In this document: positions 35,569-47,000 of the stretch, one piece after another
How positions within the stretch are numbered: the stretch's first letter is position 1
How the letters are laid out: every line of letters begins with the position of its first letter
Source: a virus
Taxonomy: Duplodnaviria; Caudoviricetes
Direction: 5' to 3' (one strand)
Virus record (IMG/VR): IMGVR_UViG_3300046791_000392
Coordinates: 1-63,602 of that record
DNA length: 63,602 nucleotides
Made by a program: the position numbers and the translations under genes
Notes under the pieces: model-generated
Database searches by the model: none
Seen by the model: the letters and a program-made list of their open reading frames with translations, nothing else
Told to the model about the DNA's origin: nothing

Positions 35569-36732
35569 CTAGATCCCTGCGTCTGCGGTGAAATGGACGC
35601 CCAGCTGATGCCCGGTGGCTGTCGAAACGGGACCAGCGCCATTTACGGCAACGGAGTTTGCCGACCCGGCAAGACTTGTCGTCGTAAAATCAGCGCCTGC
35701 CGATTGGTTGCGTGCGAACGCATTTGCAGCACTTGTATTGAACCCGATGGTGGTCGGCATAGCGCGCATATCCACAGGCAGGCGCATCTGAAAGCCTTGA
35801 TTGCCGGCGCCGGACAGAAGCGCCCACCAGTTCAGCTCGCCGCTATTGAACCCGATATTCTGTGCAGGCGCGGTCGGGTACATAAAGGTTTTGTAGTAGT
35901 GCCGCCGGCACGCCTGCAACTCGCTCTCGAACGGCCTGCGCTCGAACGGCGTCGCGACGCTGCCGATCTCAAGCTGCACGTCGTCAATCGCCATAAGATC
36001 AGCACTAGCCGTACCGACTGGTGTCCAATAGACCCTGACGCACGCTTGTGTCGTGTTCGCCGGTATGGGCACGGAAGATGTAACGACAAAGCGCGTGAGC
36101 GCTGTCGTCAAAACGCAGGCTGCATTTCCTGGGAATGTAACGCCGGTCCACGCACCGCCAGTGAAACGAGAAACCGGCCCGGTTCCGCAAACGACCTGCG
36201 CTTGTAGAATGCTACCCGCTGGCGACCAGCCAGCGGCTTTCCATGCTATGAATGACAGCGTGACAGTTTCGCCACGCATCTTTGCGATCTCGTCACTGTC
36301 GAGCGGAAACTCCAAGATTACTAAGTTAGTAGCGGTGTTCCCATCGCCACGTTGCATGAGACATGCATAGCTAGATCCAGAGCCAGGATTATTGGCGGGA
36401 GTTTGATTGACAAAGAAAACGTTGGTAGCGGCATCCGTCCAACACCACCAACCATCTGCCGTGTATCGTCCACCCGTCGGTATGTTGAAGTTCGCACTCC
36501 CACCCGCGCCGCGCTGCCACACCTCAAAGCCGCCGTTGCGGCCGAGGATGTTCCGGTAGCTCAGCGGCACCATCGCCTGGAACTGCGCCGCCGTGAGATC
36601 CGTCGGATCACCGGTTCCGGCGCCCAAGGCTCTCCCTTTCACGGTCCCGGCCGGCATGTCCGTCAGGATGACGTTGTCCACGGTGTTGGGGAGCAGAACG
36701 CTCCCGCCGGGCGCTGGGGGAAAATACGGCAT
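35569..36732 (-). CDS. Receptor-binding/tail fibre protein, paralog 1
   Basis: Same conserved blocks; ends GVHFTADAGI. Confidence 0.8.
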   Translation of the reverse strand: MPYFPPAPGGSVLLPNTVDNVILTDMPAGTVKGRALGAGTGDPTDLTAAQFQAMVPLSYRNILGRNGGFEVWQRGAGGSANFNIPTGGRYTADGWWCWTDAATNVFFVNQTPANNPGSGSSYACLMQRGDGNTATNLVILEFPLDSDEIAKMRGETVTLSFIAWKAAGWSPAGSILQAQVVCGTGPVSRFTGGAWTGVTFPGNAACVLTTALTRFVVTSSVPIPANTTQACVRVYWTPVGTASADLMAIDDVQLEIGSVATPFERRPFESELQACRRHYYKTFMYPTAPAQNIGFNSGELNWWALLSGAGNQGFQMRLPVDMRAMPTTIGFNTSAANAFARNQSAGADFTTTSLAGSANSVAVNGAGPVSTATGHQLGVHFTADAGI

Positions 36733-38063
36733 TATTCAAAGAACTCCGTGATGCGCGCGGCGCCCGTCGCGTTCGCCCAGATGGCGAACACCGCGCCGAA
36801 GAACCCGAACGGGACCTCGTAGTAGGCGCCCGGCAGCATGTCCACGGTGAACGCCGTGTTCGACGCCGCCGCCCCCAGGTTCAGGTACATTTCCGCCGGC
36901 GAGTCGTTATAGACCGACGCGCCCAGGCGCAGCGCATTCGCTGCGAGAAGCTGGGTGCTCGTGATCGCCGCCGGCACGTTGGTTCGGGTAGACGTTCCGG
37001 TCACGACGCCGCCTCCGCTCTTGAATAGCTTGCCGTTGACGTAGAAGCCGTTGGACACGTTCACCGTGCCCGGGCCCAGATCGCCGCCGGTCGGGGCGCC
37101 CAGTATGACACCGCCGGGCGCCGTGATCGTAGAACCGCCGTTGATCGCGCCGGTCGCCGTGATCGTGCTCGCCTGCAGCGGCTGGGTGAACGTCAGCGGC
37201 GCCGTATTGAGAATGCCGACGATGCCCGCCTGGTTGAGGTCCATCGGCTGACCGGAACCGGAGCCGGCCAAGCGTCCCTTGACCATCCCCTGGCCCATCG
37301 CGGCCAGCTGGGCGTTCATCACCGCGCCGTTGCGGATGCTCGGATCGGGATAGGTCCCCGAAAGATCTCCCCCCGCCGGACCCGTGGCCGGACCCGGCAC
37401 GCCGACGATGGGCACGCTGACGATGCCGGTGATCCGGCCCTTGCTGTCGTAAGTGATCTGAGGTACGTGCGTCGCGTCGCCGATGGAACCGCCGGCGCCC
37501 AGCGCCGGGATCAGGATCAGGGCTGGGTTAGGATAGGTGCCGGCGAGATCGCCGCCGGCGGGCCCGCCAGGGACAGACGTGCCGGGCGAGGTCGCCAGGA
37601 TCGTCGTGAGTGCTGTTACACGCCCCTTGGCGTCGATGGTGACCACGGGAATATGCGTGGCGTCACCGAATGTACCGGCGCCGACGATGGCCTTGAGCAA
37701 CGGATCGGGATAATTCCCGGTGAGATCGCCGCCGGCGGGCCCGCCGGGTGTCGAGCCAGCGATGCCCAGTCCCACGAACGTATTGAAGATGTCCGTGGTG
37801 ATCGAGACATCGTCGGTGTCGCCCACCGTGTGCAGCAGGTCCCGCCACGTGATGGTGAAGCTGGAAGCACCGAACGTGAGTTGGAACGTGTCGGTATCTT
37901 CGCGAAGGATGAGCCGGCCGCCATTCACGAGAAGCATCGCGCCGTTGCCGGCGAAATCGGTCTGGACGTCCCCCGGCTTGTACGGCACGACGTAGGTGTT
38001 CTTGCCGGGCTCCGACGTGATCCCGCCCTTCAAGATGAAGTTATACGTGCTGATCTTGGTCAT
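36732..38063 (-). CDS. Proximal tail fibre protein
   Basis: GPAGGDLxGxYPxP x3 and GDATHxPxxTxDxKGRxT x2 fibre repeats. Confidence 0.75.
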   Translation of the reverse strand: MTKISTYNFILKGGITSEPGKNTYVVPYKPGDVQTDFAGNGAMLLVNGGRLILREDTDTFQLTFGASSFTITWRDLLHTVGDTDDVSITTDIFNTFVGLGIAGSTPGGPAGGDLTGNYPDPLLKAIVGAGTFGDATHIPVVTIDAKGRVTALTTILATSPGTSVPGGPAGGDLAGTYPNPALILIPALGAGGSIGDATHVPQITYDSKGRITGIVSVPIVGVPGPATGPAGGDLSGTYPDPSIRNGAVMNAQLAAMGQGMVKGRLAGSGSGQPMDLNQAGIVGILNTAPLTFTQPLQASTITATGAINGGSTITAPGGVILGAPTGGDLGPGTVNVSNGFYVNGKLFKSGGGVVTGTSTRTNVPAAITSTQLLAANALRLGASVYNDSPAEMYLNLGAAASNTAFTVDMLPGAYYEVPFGFFGAVFAIWANATGAARITEFFE

Positions 38064-41000
38064 CGCGTTGCCCCGCCGTAGGGATCACGGCCCCGGCCGC
38101 CGCCATAGGGATCGCGCTGGCCGCCCCCGCTGTAAGGATCGCTCGGCCCACCGCGCTGGCGTCCGCCGTGCGGGATCGGCGTGCCTGTCCAGGTCGGGAA
38201 CGGCGTCGGCGGCCGGCCCGGCGCTGGGGCTATCTGATCAACGAGATACTGGCGGAACCCGCCAAGCTGGCTCAGCCCCGGCACCAGCAAGGTCGCGTTG
38301 TTCATCATGGTGTGGACATCGCGCGGACTGTCGAAGCCCGCGATCATCCAGCGCGCGGCGCCGCCGATGAAGTTCTGCAGGCGATCACCAAGGGTGGCTG
38401 CGGGCACCCATTGTCCAGCCGCCGATCCACCGGTCGCTGTTCTCCCCATCGTGATGACGTCCACGATGAACTGGTACGGGCCGGCGATGCCGCCGCGCCC
38501 GATCATGCGCATCAGCATCTGCTTCGCCGGGGAATCATCCATGCCGGCGCGATGCCACGCCGGATTGCCGGCGTCGCCGTACTGATACCATTCCCAGAGC
38601 TTCGCCGTGAGCGCCGCCAGGGCGGCATAGCCGACCAGCCAGATCAGCGGGAACGGATTGCCGTGCCCCATCTCGCGGATCGGGCGCTGCACGACGGTGT
38701 TGCCGAAGCCGACCGCGAAGTTCTTGATCTGCGCCACCAGCTTGAAGCGCGGGTCGCTCATCCACGCCGGCTTCATGCCAGCCGTAGGTTCAATGATAAT
38801 TTCCTGCGTGATCTGACGGATGGCGGCGTCGAACTTGAGATTGGTCCCGGGCTGGTAGGTATCGGGATCGATGCCCTGCACGTCGGCCGGGGTCAGGCCG
38901 ACTTCGCGCAGCCATCGCATGTAGTGTCCGGCGAAGCGGCCCCCGGCGCTGGCCTGCTCGCCCCAATGCGGCAGCGTGCGGATCGCGGCGTTGACCGCCA
39001 TGGTCTTGCCGAGATTGGTCCACGCCGTGAGGAAGGTTCCCCAGAACGCCCAGTTCGAGATGTTGTTGGGATCGATGTTCCAGCGCCCGACCGCAAACGA
39101 CGCATGCGTCGAGGCGAAGTCGAGCAGCTGCGACTGGAGATGATCGCGAAGAACGCCGACGTCACGTGCGATGCGCCGCGCATTGCTGTCGCCTTGGAGC
39201 GTGATGGTACGGAAGATCTGATTGAACCCGCCGGTCAGCGCATAGAACTGGCCGCGCATGCCCAGGCGCACGCCGCTCATCATCGCCTCGGGCAGCGACG
39301 CGAGCGTCGTGAAGAACAGCATGTTGGTGTTGACCGCCGCCTTGAGCCCTTCCTGGGCGCGGTTGAACGGTCGCGACGGCCGGGTCTGCAGCGTGTTGAA
39401 GTTGGCCTGAACCTGGCGGATCAGGTCGAACAGGTCCTGGCCGGCGAGGCGCGGCATGCCGGCGGCTTTGCGGTCGGCCTGGATGCCGGCGATCATGCGG
39501 TCGATGTCTTCGCCCTTAGGGCCGAAGCGCCGGTTGAACTCGCCGTGCCGCGCCATGCCGATGGCGTATTGCGGCAGGATGGTCATCGGGTTGTTGTTGA
39601 GCAGGTCGTTGATCGTGACGTCGGCGGTGACACCCCCCACGGTCACCGGCACAGAAATGTGTGCGGGGATCTTCAGCAGGCGCTCGCGCGTGCGCGCGGT
39701 GAGCTTGGTGACCGTGCCGGTTTTCCACTGGTTGGTTGCGGCGTACGAGACATAGCCGCCCTCGCCCATGACGTTGTCGATCAGGTCATCGATCAACTCG
39801 TCCTGGTTGGGCTTGCCGCGTCCGACGCCAAGACCCTTGAAAAATTCATGCGCGACGATGTTCTTGGCCACGCCCCGGAACGGCCCGGCGCCGAATTTTC
39901 CGTCGAGTTCCCAGATCTGCGGGAAATAATTGGGCAAGCGCTTGATGTGATCGGCGCCGGTCACATGCTGGACACCGTTGGCGGTGCCCCAGATCGAGTG
40001 CCCGTTCATATGATCGTTGGTGAAGTCCAGGATGCTGTCCATCCACTGGCGGAACCACAGGGCATCGGCCGCCGTGAGATGGCTGAGTTGGACACGTCCC
40101 GTCGCCGGGTTCACGTTCGCCCCGCGCATGGCCAACGGAATTTCACGTCTCGCTGCCCTGGACAGCGGCTCGATCTTCTGGCGCAAAGCCTCCAGTTGCG
40201 GGCCGATGATGCCCTGCACCACCGAGTGATAATCCTCGTTGATCACGCCGGTGGTGCGCGTGGCGACGAAGCTCGCCGGGTCGCGCCTGAACATGTTCCC
40301 GAGTTCGTAGCCGTGCTTGACCCAGCCGCTCAGCACGCGGATCTGCTTGCTCGACTGCATGAACAGCCAGTCGAGCCCGACCAGGAAATGGCTGTAGTTC
40401 GCCCACCACTTGCGCCACCGGGGATCGCCCGGCGCCGGCTGATACCCCGGGATACGCCGGATGCGCCGCAGGTAAACCTCGGACGCTTCCTTATCGACGC
40501 TGTCTTCCATCTGCGCGTTGAACGGCAGGGCGTGTCCCACGATCATGGTCGCGGGTGTTTCCTGAGTTTCACTCGGTGGTGAGGGGTTCTCGGCCTGCGC
40601 CTGGTTCTGGACAGCGAACCGCGTCGTCTGGACAGCGGTGCCGAAATCCTGCGCCAGCTGGTCCATCACATCGCGCGCCGTAACCACGGGCACACGTGCT
40701 TTGTCGGCTATCGCTTGGGCCTTGGCGTCGATGGGCCCGACGTACTTGGTCATCGCGTGCAGGCCGGTGCGCTCGTCCGGCTCGGGTGCGACGATGTACC
40801 CCTGGCTGCGCCAGAACGGCACGCTCGGCGGGAGGGCTTCGCCCTCGATGCGCCGCACGCCCTGCTCGGCGGCGGTCTTCTCGAACTTGCGCACGATCCG
40901 ACTGCCTTCGCCGGCCCCCCGCTGGTTGGGCGGCAGGTAGATCATGCTAATGAAAGCGGTGTTGGTCTTGGGCACCAGCCGGGCGCGGAACTTCACGCCC

Positions 41001-44000
41001 GACGGGAGATCACGCGCGAGATAGTTCCCGTCGGCTTTCCAGTTGCTGTCCACGTTGTGGACACGCGGTCCGGCGTCGCCCACCACGACGCCATCGACGT
41101 TATGCTCGGCGGCGTACCGGGCGAACCTCCTGCCGGCGAGCGCCGTGCGCTCGGGCGAGGTATCCGTGACGATGTTGGTGATCTCGAACAGCGTACGCCC
41201 TTGGGCGTCCTTGCGCGGCGTGTACTGGACACGAACCTCGGACTCCACCGTGTCGCTCGGGTTGGAGCGCAAGACCACTTCGCCGGGCGTGCGGTCATCG
41301 ACCATCATCTCGGCGGCGTTGACGTAGTTCCACATCATCCCGCGCGAGATCGGGCCCTGGCCGGCGCGGCTCTTCATCCAGTTGAGCAGGCCGGACCACT
41401 GCAGTTCGTGCATCGGCACGCCGTGCGTGGCCTTGCGGAAGTCCGACAGCCACTGGCCGGACGTGCCCGAGATCAAGGCTGAGCTTTGCACCGCCGCGCG
41501 CAGCGCCGGGAAGGCGTACGACGAGTAGATTTTCTGCGCCGTGCCGGGGTCGTCGTCGGTGAAGCTCTCGCCGGGATAGTCGTCCTTGGGATTGACCGCG
41601 ACTGACGCCAGGCCATCCGTTTTAGCCTTGGTGATCAGTTCCGCGATCATGTTGTCGGTGATCGGCTCGCTCTGGACACGCGGGATGCCGACGGTCGGAT
41701 CGCGCTCCTGGACATCGGCAATCGCCTGCTCGGTGTTCTCCAGCAGGTACAGGATCTCCTCGATGTCCTGCTTCTCGGTCGCCGGGACAAAGCCATAATC
41801 GCCGGGCGTGCCGAACTCGCCGGTCACCGTGCGGTAGACCGCGTCGCCGATATTGATGTTGTATTCCTGCGCGAACTGCCCGTCTGAGATCTCGATGCCG
41901 AAATCCTGCATCAGCATGCGCTGCGCACGGAAGGCCACGTCTTCCCAGTGCACGGCGCGCATCGCCTCGCGCAGGCTTAGCTCATTGAGCGTGACGGTGA
42001 CCGTCTTGCCTTCCTTGCCCAGCTGGCCTTCCATCGTGCGGCCAACACGGCCATAGCGCCGGCTCGACCCGTACTTCTGCTGCATCAGCGCTTCGGTGAT
42101 GCCGTGGGCAAGCTCGTGAAAAATTCTCCACGCCTCGGTGTAGGCGACATCCTTGAACGATGCTTCCGCCACGCGCGGGTCGTAGATCCACAGCGTGCCC
42201 TTGTGATAGCCATCGACCCGGGGTCGCGGCAGCACCGCCTCGATGCCCAACTCAGGATCGCTGACATACGAGAAACGTTTGACGTTGATGCGGAACTGCC
42301 GCTGCCAGTTCTTGAACCCCTCCGGATCGGCAATCGCCTTGTCCATCGGGTAGATCTTCAGCTGCTCGTTGGTGTCGATCCCCGGCTGCGTCTTGCCGAA
42401 ACGATTGTAGATCTGCATCTGGGCGAACGGCCCGGGATCGATGCCGGCGAACTCGCTGCTGTTGGCAAAATACGCGTCTACCTGGGCTCGTTGCTTTTTG
42501 CCGGTAGGGATTCGGGCGGCTCCGTCTCGGACGTCGATGGGTCCACCCACGGGTATTGATGGGGTAATTTGCCCACCGACCGTGTTGTCGCCCCCTTCGT
42601 GGGGGACGTCGATGCCGACAGCCCCAAATTCTTCGGCGATGATGCCCTCGGCCTTGGCCCGATGAACGTGAAGTTGGTCTGCGAGTCCAGGGCGAACGCG
42701 CTCCAGGGCTTCATGATAATCTTCGCCATTCGGTTTAGCCTCCCAGTCATTGCCAACGAGGCGGGCGTCCACCCGGCCCGGCGGGGACATCTCCAGGGTT
42801 TCGACGCCAGGATACGTCGCGACCGCCGCCTTGAGCGCCGCATGGAATGCATTGTCGTCCAGCGGCGCGTACGGCGTCCTGGACAGCGCCTTGAAATCCT
42901 CGCCGCTGAGATTGAAGAACAGGATCTTGTTGCCCTGAACCTTGTAGCCACCTTGCAGCGACGGATCGACCGCGATCACGTGATCCCACACGTGCTTTGC
43001 CTGTTCGGGCGACACCGTGTCGCCGGCGTCCGGGATCGTGATCGCGACCATCGCGGTCGGCTTCTGCAGCCAGTTGCCGTAGCCGGCGAGCCGCGTGATC
43101 AGCACGCTGTCCCGCAGGAACACGTAGCCGATGGCGTTGGACAGGGTTTCATTGGCCCAGTCCGGCATCGGGATGCGCGTCTCGATGGACGGGTTCTGCA
43201 TCGCCATGAAGCCGCCGCTGGCGACGTTGAACAACGGATTGAACTTATGCGCCCCGACCGTGGTCACGACCGCCGGCAGGAGTTCCACGACCATGCGCTC
43301 GGTGACGCGCTTGCGCCACTCGTACGGCATCGCCGCGACCATCTCGCCGACCATGCGCTTGTTGGTCGGCGTGATCTCGTAATGCAGCGAGCGGTCGCTG
43401 AGCTTGATGAAGTCGCCGTAGTTGCGCGTGTCCTGGTCGGCCTTGCGGTCACTCTCCTGCTTGATGCCGCACCAGATCGCCGCCTGGACCTCCTCGACCT
43501 TCCAGCCCAGCGCGTCGGCCAGGGCGGTGATGATCAGGCGCGAATGCTCGAACTGCTGCGGATCGGGATTGTCGGTGTCGTAGCCCAGCGCCCGCATCAT
43601 CCAGCGGTCGGTCACCGCGACGTAGTCGTCAACCAGGTTGAGGTGCTGCGCCATCGCGCGATAGAACGCCTGGGTCTTCTGCGCACTGCTCGACCACTTG
43701 CCCGTCTCCTTGATCATGTTGGCCATGACCTGGGACGTCTCGAACCCGACCTGCTTGATGCCGAGTTCGGGATACGACCCGATGGGCATGTGCGGCCGGA
43801 TGGCTTCCTGCGCCATCGCGCTCAAGGTCTGCGTGGTATTGCCTCCCACGGCCTGTCCAGGGGACGTGGCGGCGAGATACTTCATGAAGTGCAGGGCGAA
43901 CTCGCCGAAGCGGTCGCTCACGATCTTCGCCGTGAGTTCGTACCAGCGCTTGCCGGACCCGTCCGCGCCCTCGCCGCTCTTTGCCAGGCTGAGCAGGCGC

Positions 44001-47000
44001 GTGATCGCCGTCATGTTCTGCGGCGCGCCCATCAGCACGTTGAGCTTGTAGGCCTCCTTGAACGAGTAGTCCTTGACGCGCGTGACCGCCGCATCGAACA
44101 CCTTGTTCTTGGTGTCCATCGGCAGGTCTGTCCACGTCGCGCCCAACTCGCGCTTCATGCCCTTCTCGAACCGCGAGCGCAGATTTTTCCCGCGATAGAG
44201 AATGGCGAAATAGGTGGCGGCGGCCTCGCGCGCGGCGACGGAGTTCCCATCGCCCGATGCGCGCTTGGCACGAAGCTCGGCGTCGGTCGCCACTTCGTAT
44301 TCGCCGGTTATCGGGTCCGGCGTCCGCGACTGGCGCTGCAGCGTGTAGCTGGACAGGTCGATGTGCAGCTGCGCCGCGAGATCGTTGAACACCGACGTGA
44401 TGATGTCCCGGCCCAGAACCCAGTCCAAACCGTCCGCGACGTACTGCACGATGCGACGGATGAACTCGGCGATGTAGGTCCCTAGCGACGGGTCCTGTCC
44501 CGGCGCCAGTTTCTCGAACGCCGTCGCGTAACGCCCACCTAGGGCGGCTTCGACTTTTAACGCGAGGAACTCGTTCGCCAGCACCGCCGGCGTGTTGTCC
44601 TTGTTCGGGTCGTTCGGCTCGCCGGTCGGCGCGTAGAGATCCAGCACCTCCTGGAACGTTGGATCGTTGGACATGTTCAGCGTGAGCTTCGACCACAGCG
44701 TGGTCAGGTCGGCGTCGGTCTGCCCGCTCAGGCCGACCATGAAGTGCGTCAGTTCGTGCGCGACATCCTGGACAGCCTTGGCACGCGACGCGGGCGTCGC
44801 ATCGGGCGCCCGCAAGGCGATGGACGTCCGGCGAATGCCGTCGGCCAGCGCACGCACGCGAGAGCCGAGATACATCGCAGCGGTGTCGGGATCGGAGAAC
44901 CGGGCCTGCTTGCCCTGCTTGACCAGGGTCGCGTCGGCCTGCGCCGCCCAGTTGGCGAAGTCGATGATGTCCAACTCGGAAAGCGCCGGCCCGATGTGGC
45001 GCTCGAAATGCTGGAGCATCTTGCGCAGTGCACGGCGCTCGCGACGCGGCAGATCCGCGTAGAACTCCATGATGCCGTCGATGCCCCGTTTAAGCGTACG
45101 GCGCACTTCGCCGGCCAGGCGCTGGGTCGCGCTCGCCGTGCTGGCCTTGGAGATCTTACGGAAAAACTGATCTGCTTCGGCCGCCGGCATGCCGGCGTCG
45201 ATCAGGTCCTGCTCGCTGAACACCTCGGGGAGCTTGATGCCGAGACGGATCGCGCGCTGGTCGAGTTCCGACCGGATCTCGCCCGGGAGATCTTCCAAGA
45301 GCACGCGCTTGGGTGTGAGCGTGGCCTTGGCCGCCGATAGCGTCTCGCTGGTGCGCTTGTTCGCCGTCGCCTGCTGGCCCGACGTCTGCGTGAGCCCTTC
45401 GAGTTCAAGCTGCTCCTGATCGGTGAGCGGCGGCGGCTTCAAGGGCTCGTGCTTGATGCCGGCCGGGGTGGTCTGATCCTTGACGGCGCCAGAGCCGGCT
45501 TCCGGGAACGTCGTGCTCTGCTGACGCTTGACCGCAGCATCCGCCGCCTGGTTGGCGGCCTGCTGTTCCGGCGTGACCTGCTCGCCCTCGCGCTGGAGGT
45601 TGAGCCCCAGCTGAGTACCCTTCGCGGGCGGCTGCGCGGCGCGCGTGTCCCGGCCTGTCCGGGCCTGTCCACCGGTCGTGTCCACGGCGGCTTGCTGCTC
45701 GGCGCGGGCCTGTGCTTCGCGACCCACACGCTCGGCCTCCATGCGCATCCGGGCAAGCCTGACCATGTGCTGGCCTTGCGGGGACAGCACCAGGTTTTCC
45801 GAATTGGTGTTGTCCAGCTGCATGACCTGGCCGGTGCCGACGAAATAATCCTTGCCGTCCTGCCCGACCACACGCTGTTTGCCGCCCGTACGCGAAATGG
45901 GTTGGCCGTTCTCGTCGCTGGCGAGCACGATGGTCTGGCCGCGCTGGCCCTTGGATGGTGGCCGCTGCAGCACCCACACGGGACGATTGACCATGCGGAT
46001 CGGATCGCGCAGCAGATCGATCACTTCGCGGTTGGCTTCGATCTCGCGCATGCGCGCCTGGACTTCGGGGCGCGCCGCCTGCTCGGGCGGCATATTACGC
46101 ATGCGCTCGAAATCGGCCTCGGACTGCAGCAGGTAGTTATAGAACTCCAGGCTGAAGCCAACGATGGGATCGCCGACATAGTCGGGGCGGGACTTCTTCC
46201 ACGCCGCGTCGATGTCGCGAATGCGCTGCTGCTGCGCGCGCAGGAACTCGGTGCGATCCTCACGAGGAGGAAGTGCGAAGTACTCCTGCTCGCGGCCCTC
46301 GATGCCGGAACGCGGCGGCGAGAAATCCACGTTGGGTCCGCCGGCGCCGCCGGCACCGCCGGGACCGCCGGGACCGTTGGGTCCGTTCGGGTCCGGTCCG
46401 GGAAGCCCCGGCATGCCGCCGGGACCATTGGGGCCGGGCGGGGCACCGCCCATGAACGTGCCACCTTGTGCCGAACCCCACCCTCCCGGAGGTGGCGTTC
46501 CTCCTGGCGGCGCCGCCGGCAGATTGCCGGGGTTGAGCCCACCAGGGTTATGCACGCGCCGCCCGCCGGGCAGCATGCCCAGGATCGTCTGGATCAGCAC
46601 GCCGCCGGCGAAACCGCCGATGCCGCTGTCCACCGTGCCTTGATACCAGTCGCGGCTCGGATCGTAGCTCACGAGGTGCGACGCGATCATGTTTTGCGCG
46701 ACTTGCTGCGCAATCTCGGTGCTGGCCTCGGAGAACCCGGTTTCGAGCAGACGATAGCCGGTGTTGCCGAAACGCCGCGTGATCGCGCGCTGGATGGCAT
46801 TGCCGGTGGTCGCGTCCACCAGGCTGAACGCGCGGAACACCGGAAGCGAATCTAAAGCTCCTCCTATTGCGCCATTCAAGCGCGACGCCGCGATCACGTC
46901 ATCGAAGCTGGCGCCGTGCTGGACAGCATCGCGATACGTGTCGGCGCCGTTCTGCGGGAAGCTCGTGAGCCCGAAACCAATACGGGCACCAGTTTGCGCC

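Noticed and set aside
33060-36732. Diversity-generating retroelement or invertible shufflon
   Set aside because: No reverse transcriptase or invertase; repeats are direct and coding, and differences are not adenine-specific
38168-46855. Long plus-strand ORFs opposite the giant gene, and similar antisense ORFs elsewhere (e.g. 10306-12681, 24348-26090, 53724-55616)
   Set aside because: Shadow frames expected in high-GC coding DNA; no motifs or RBS
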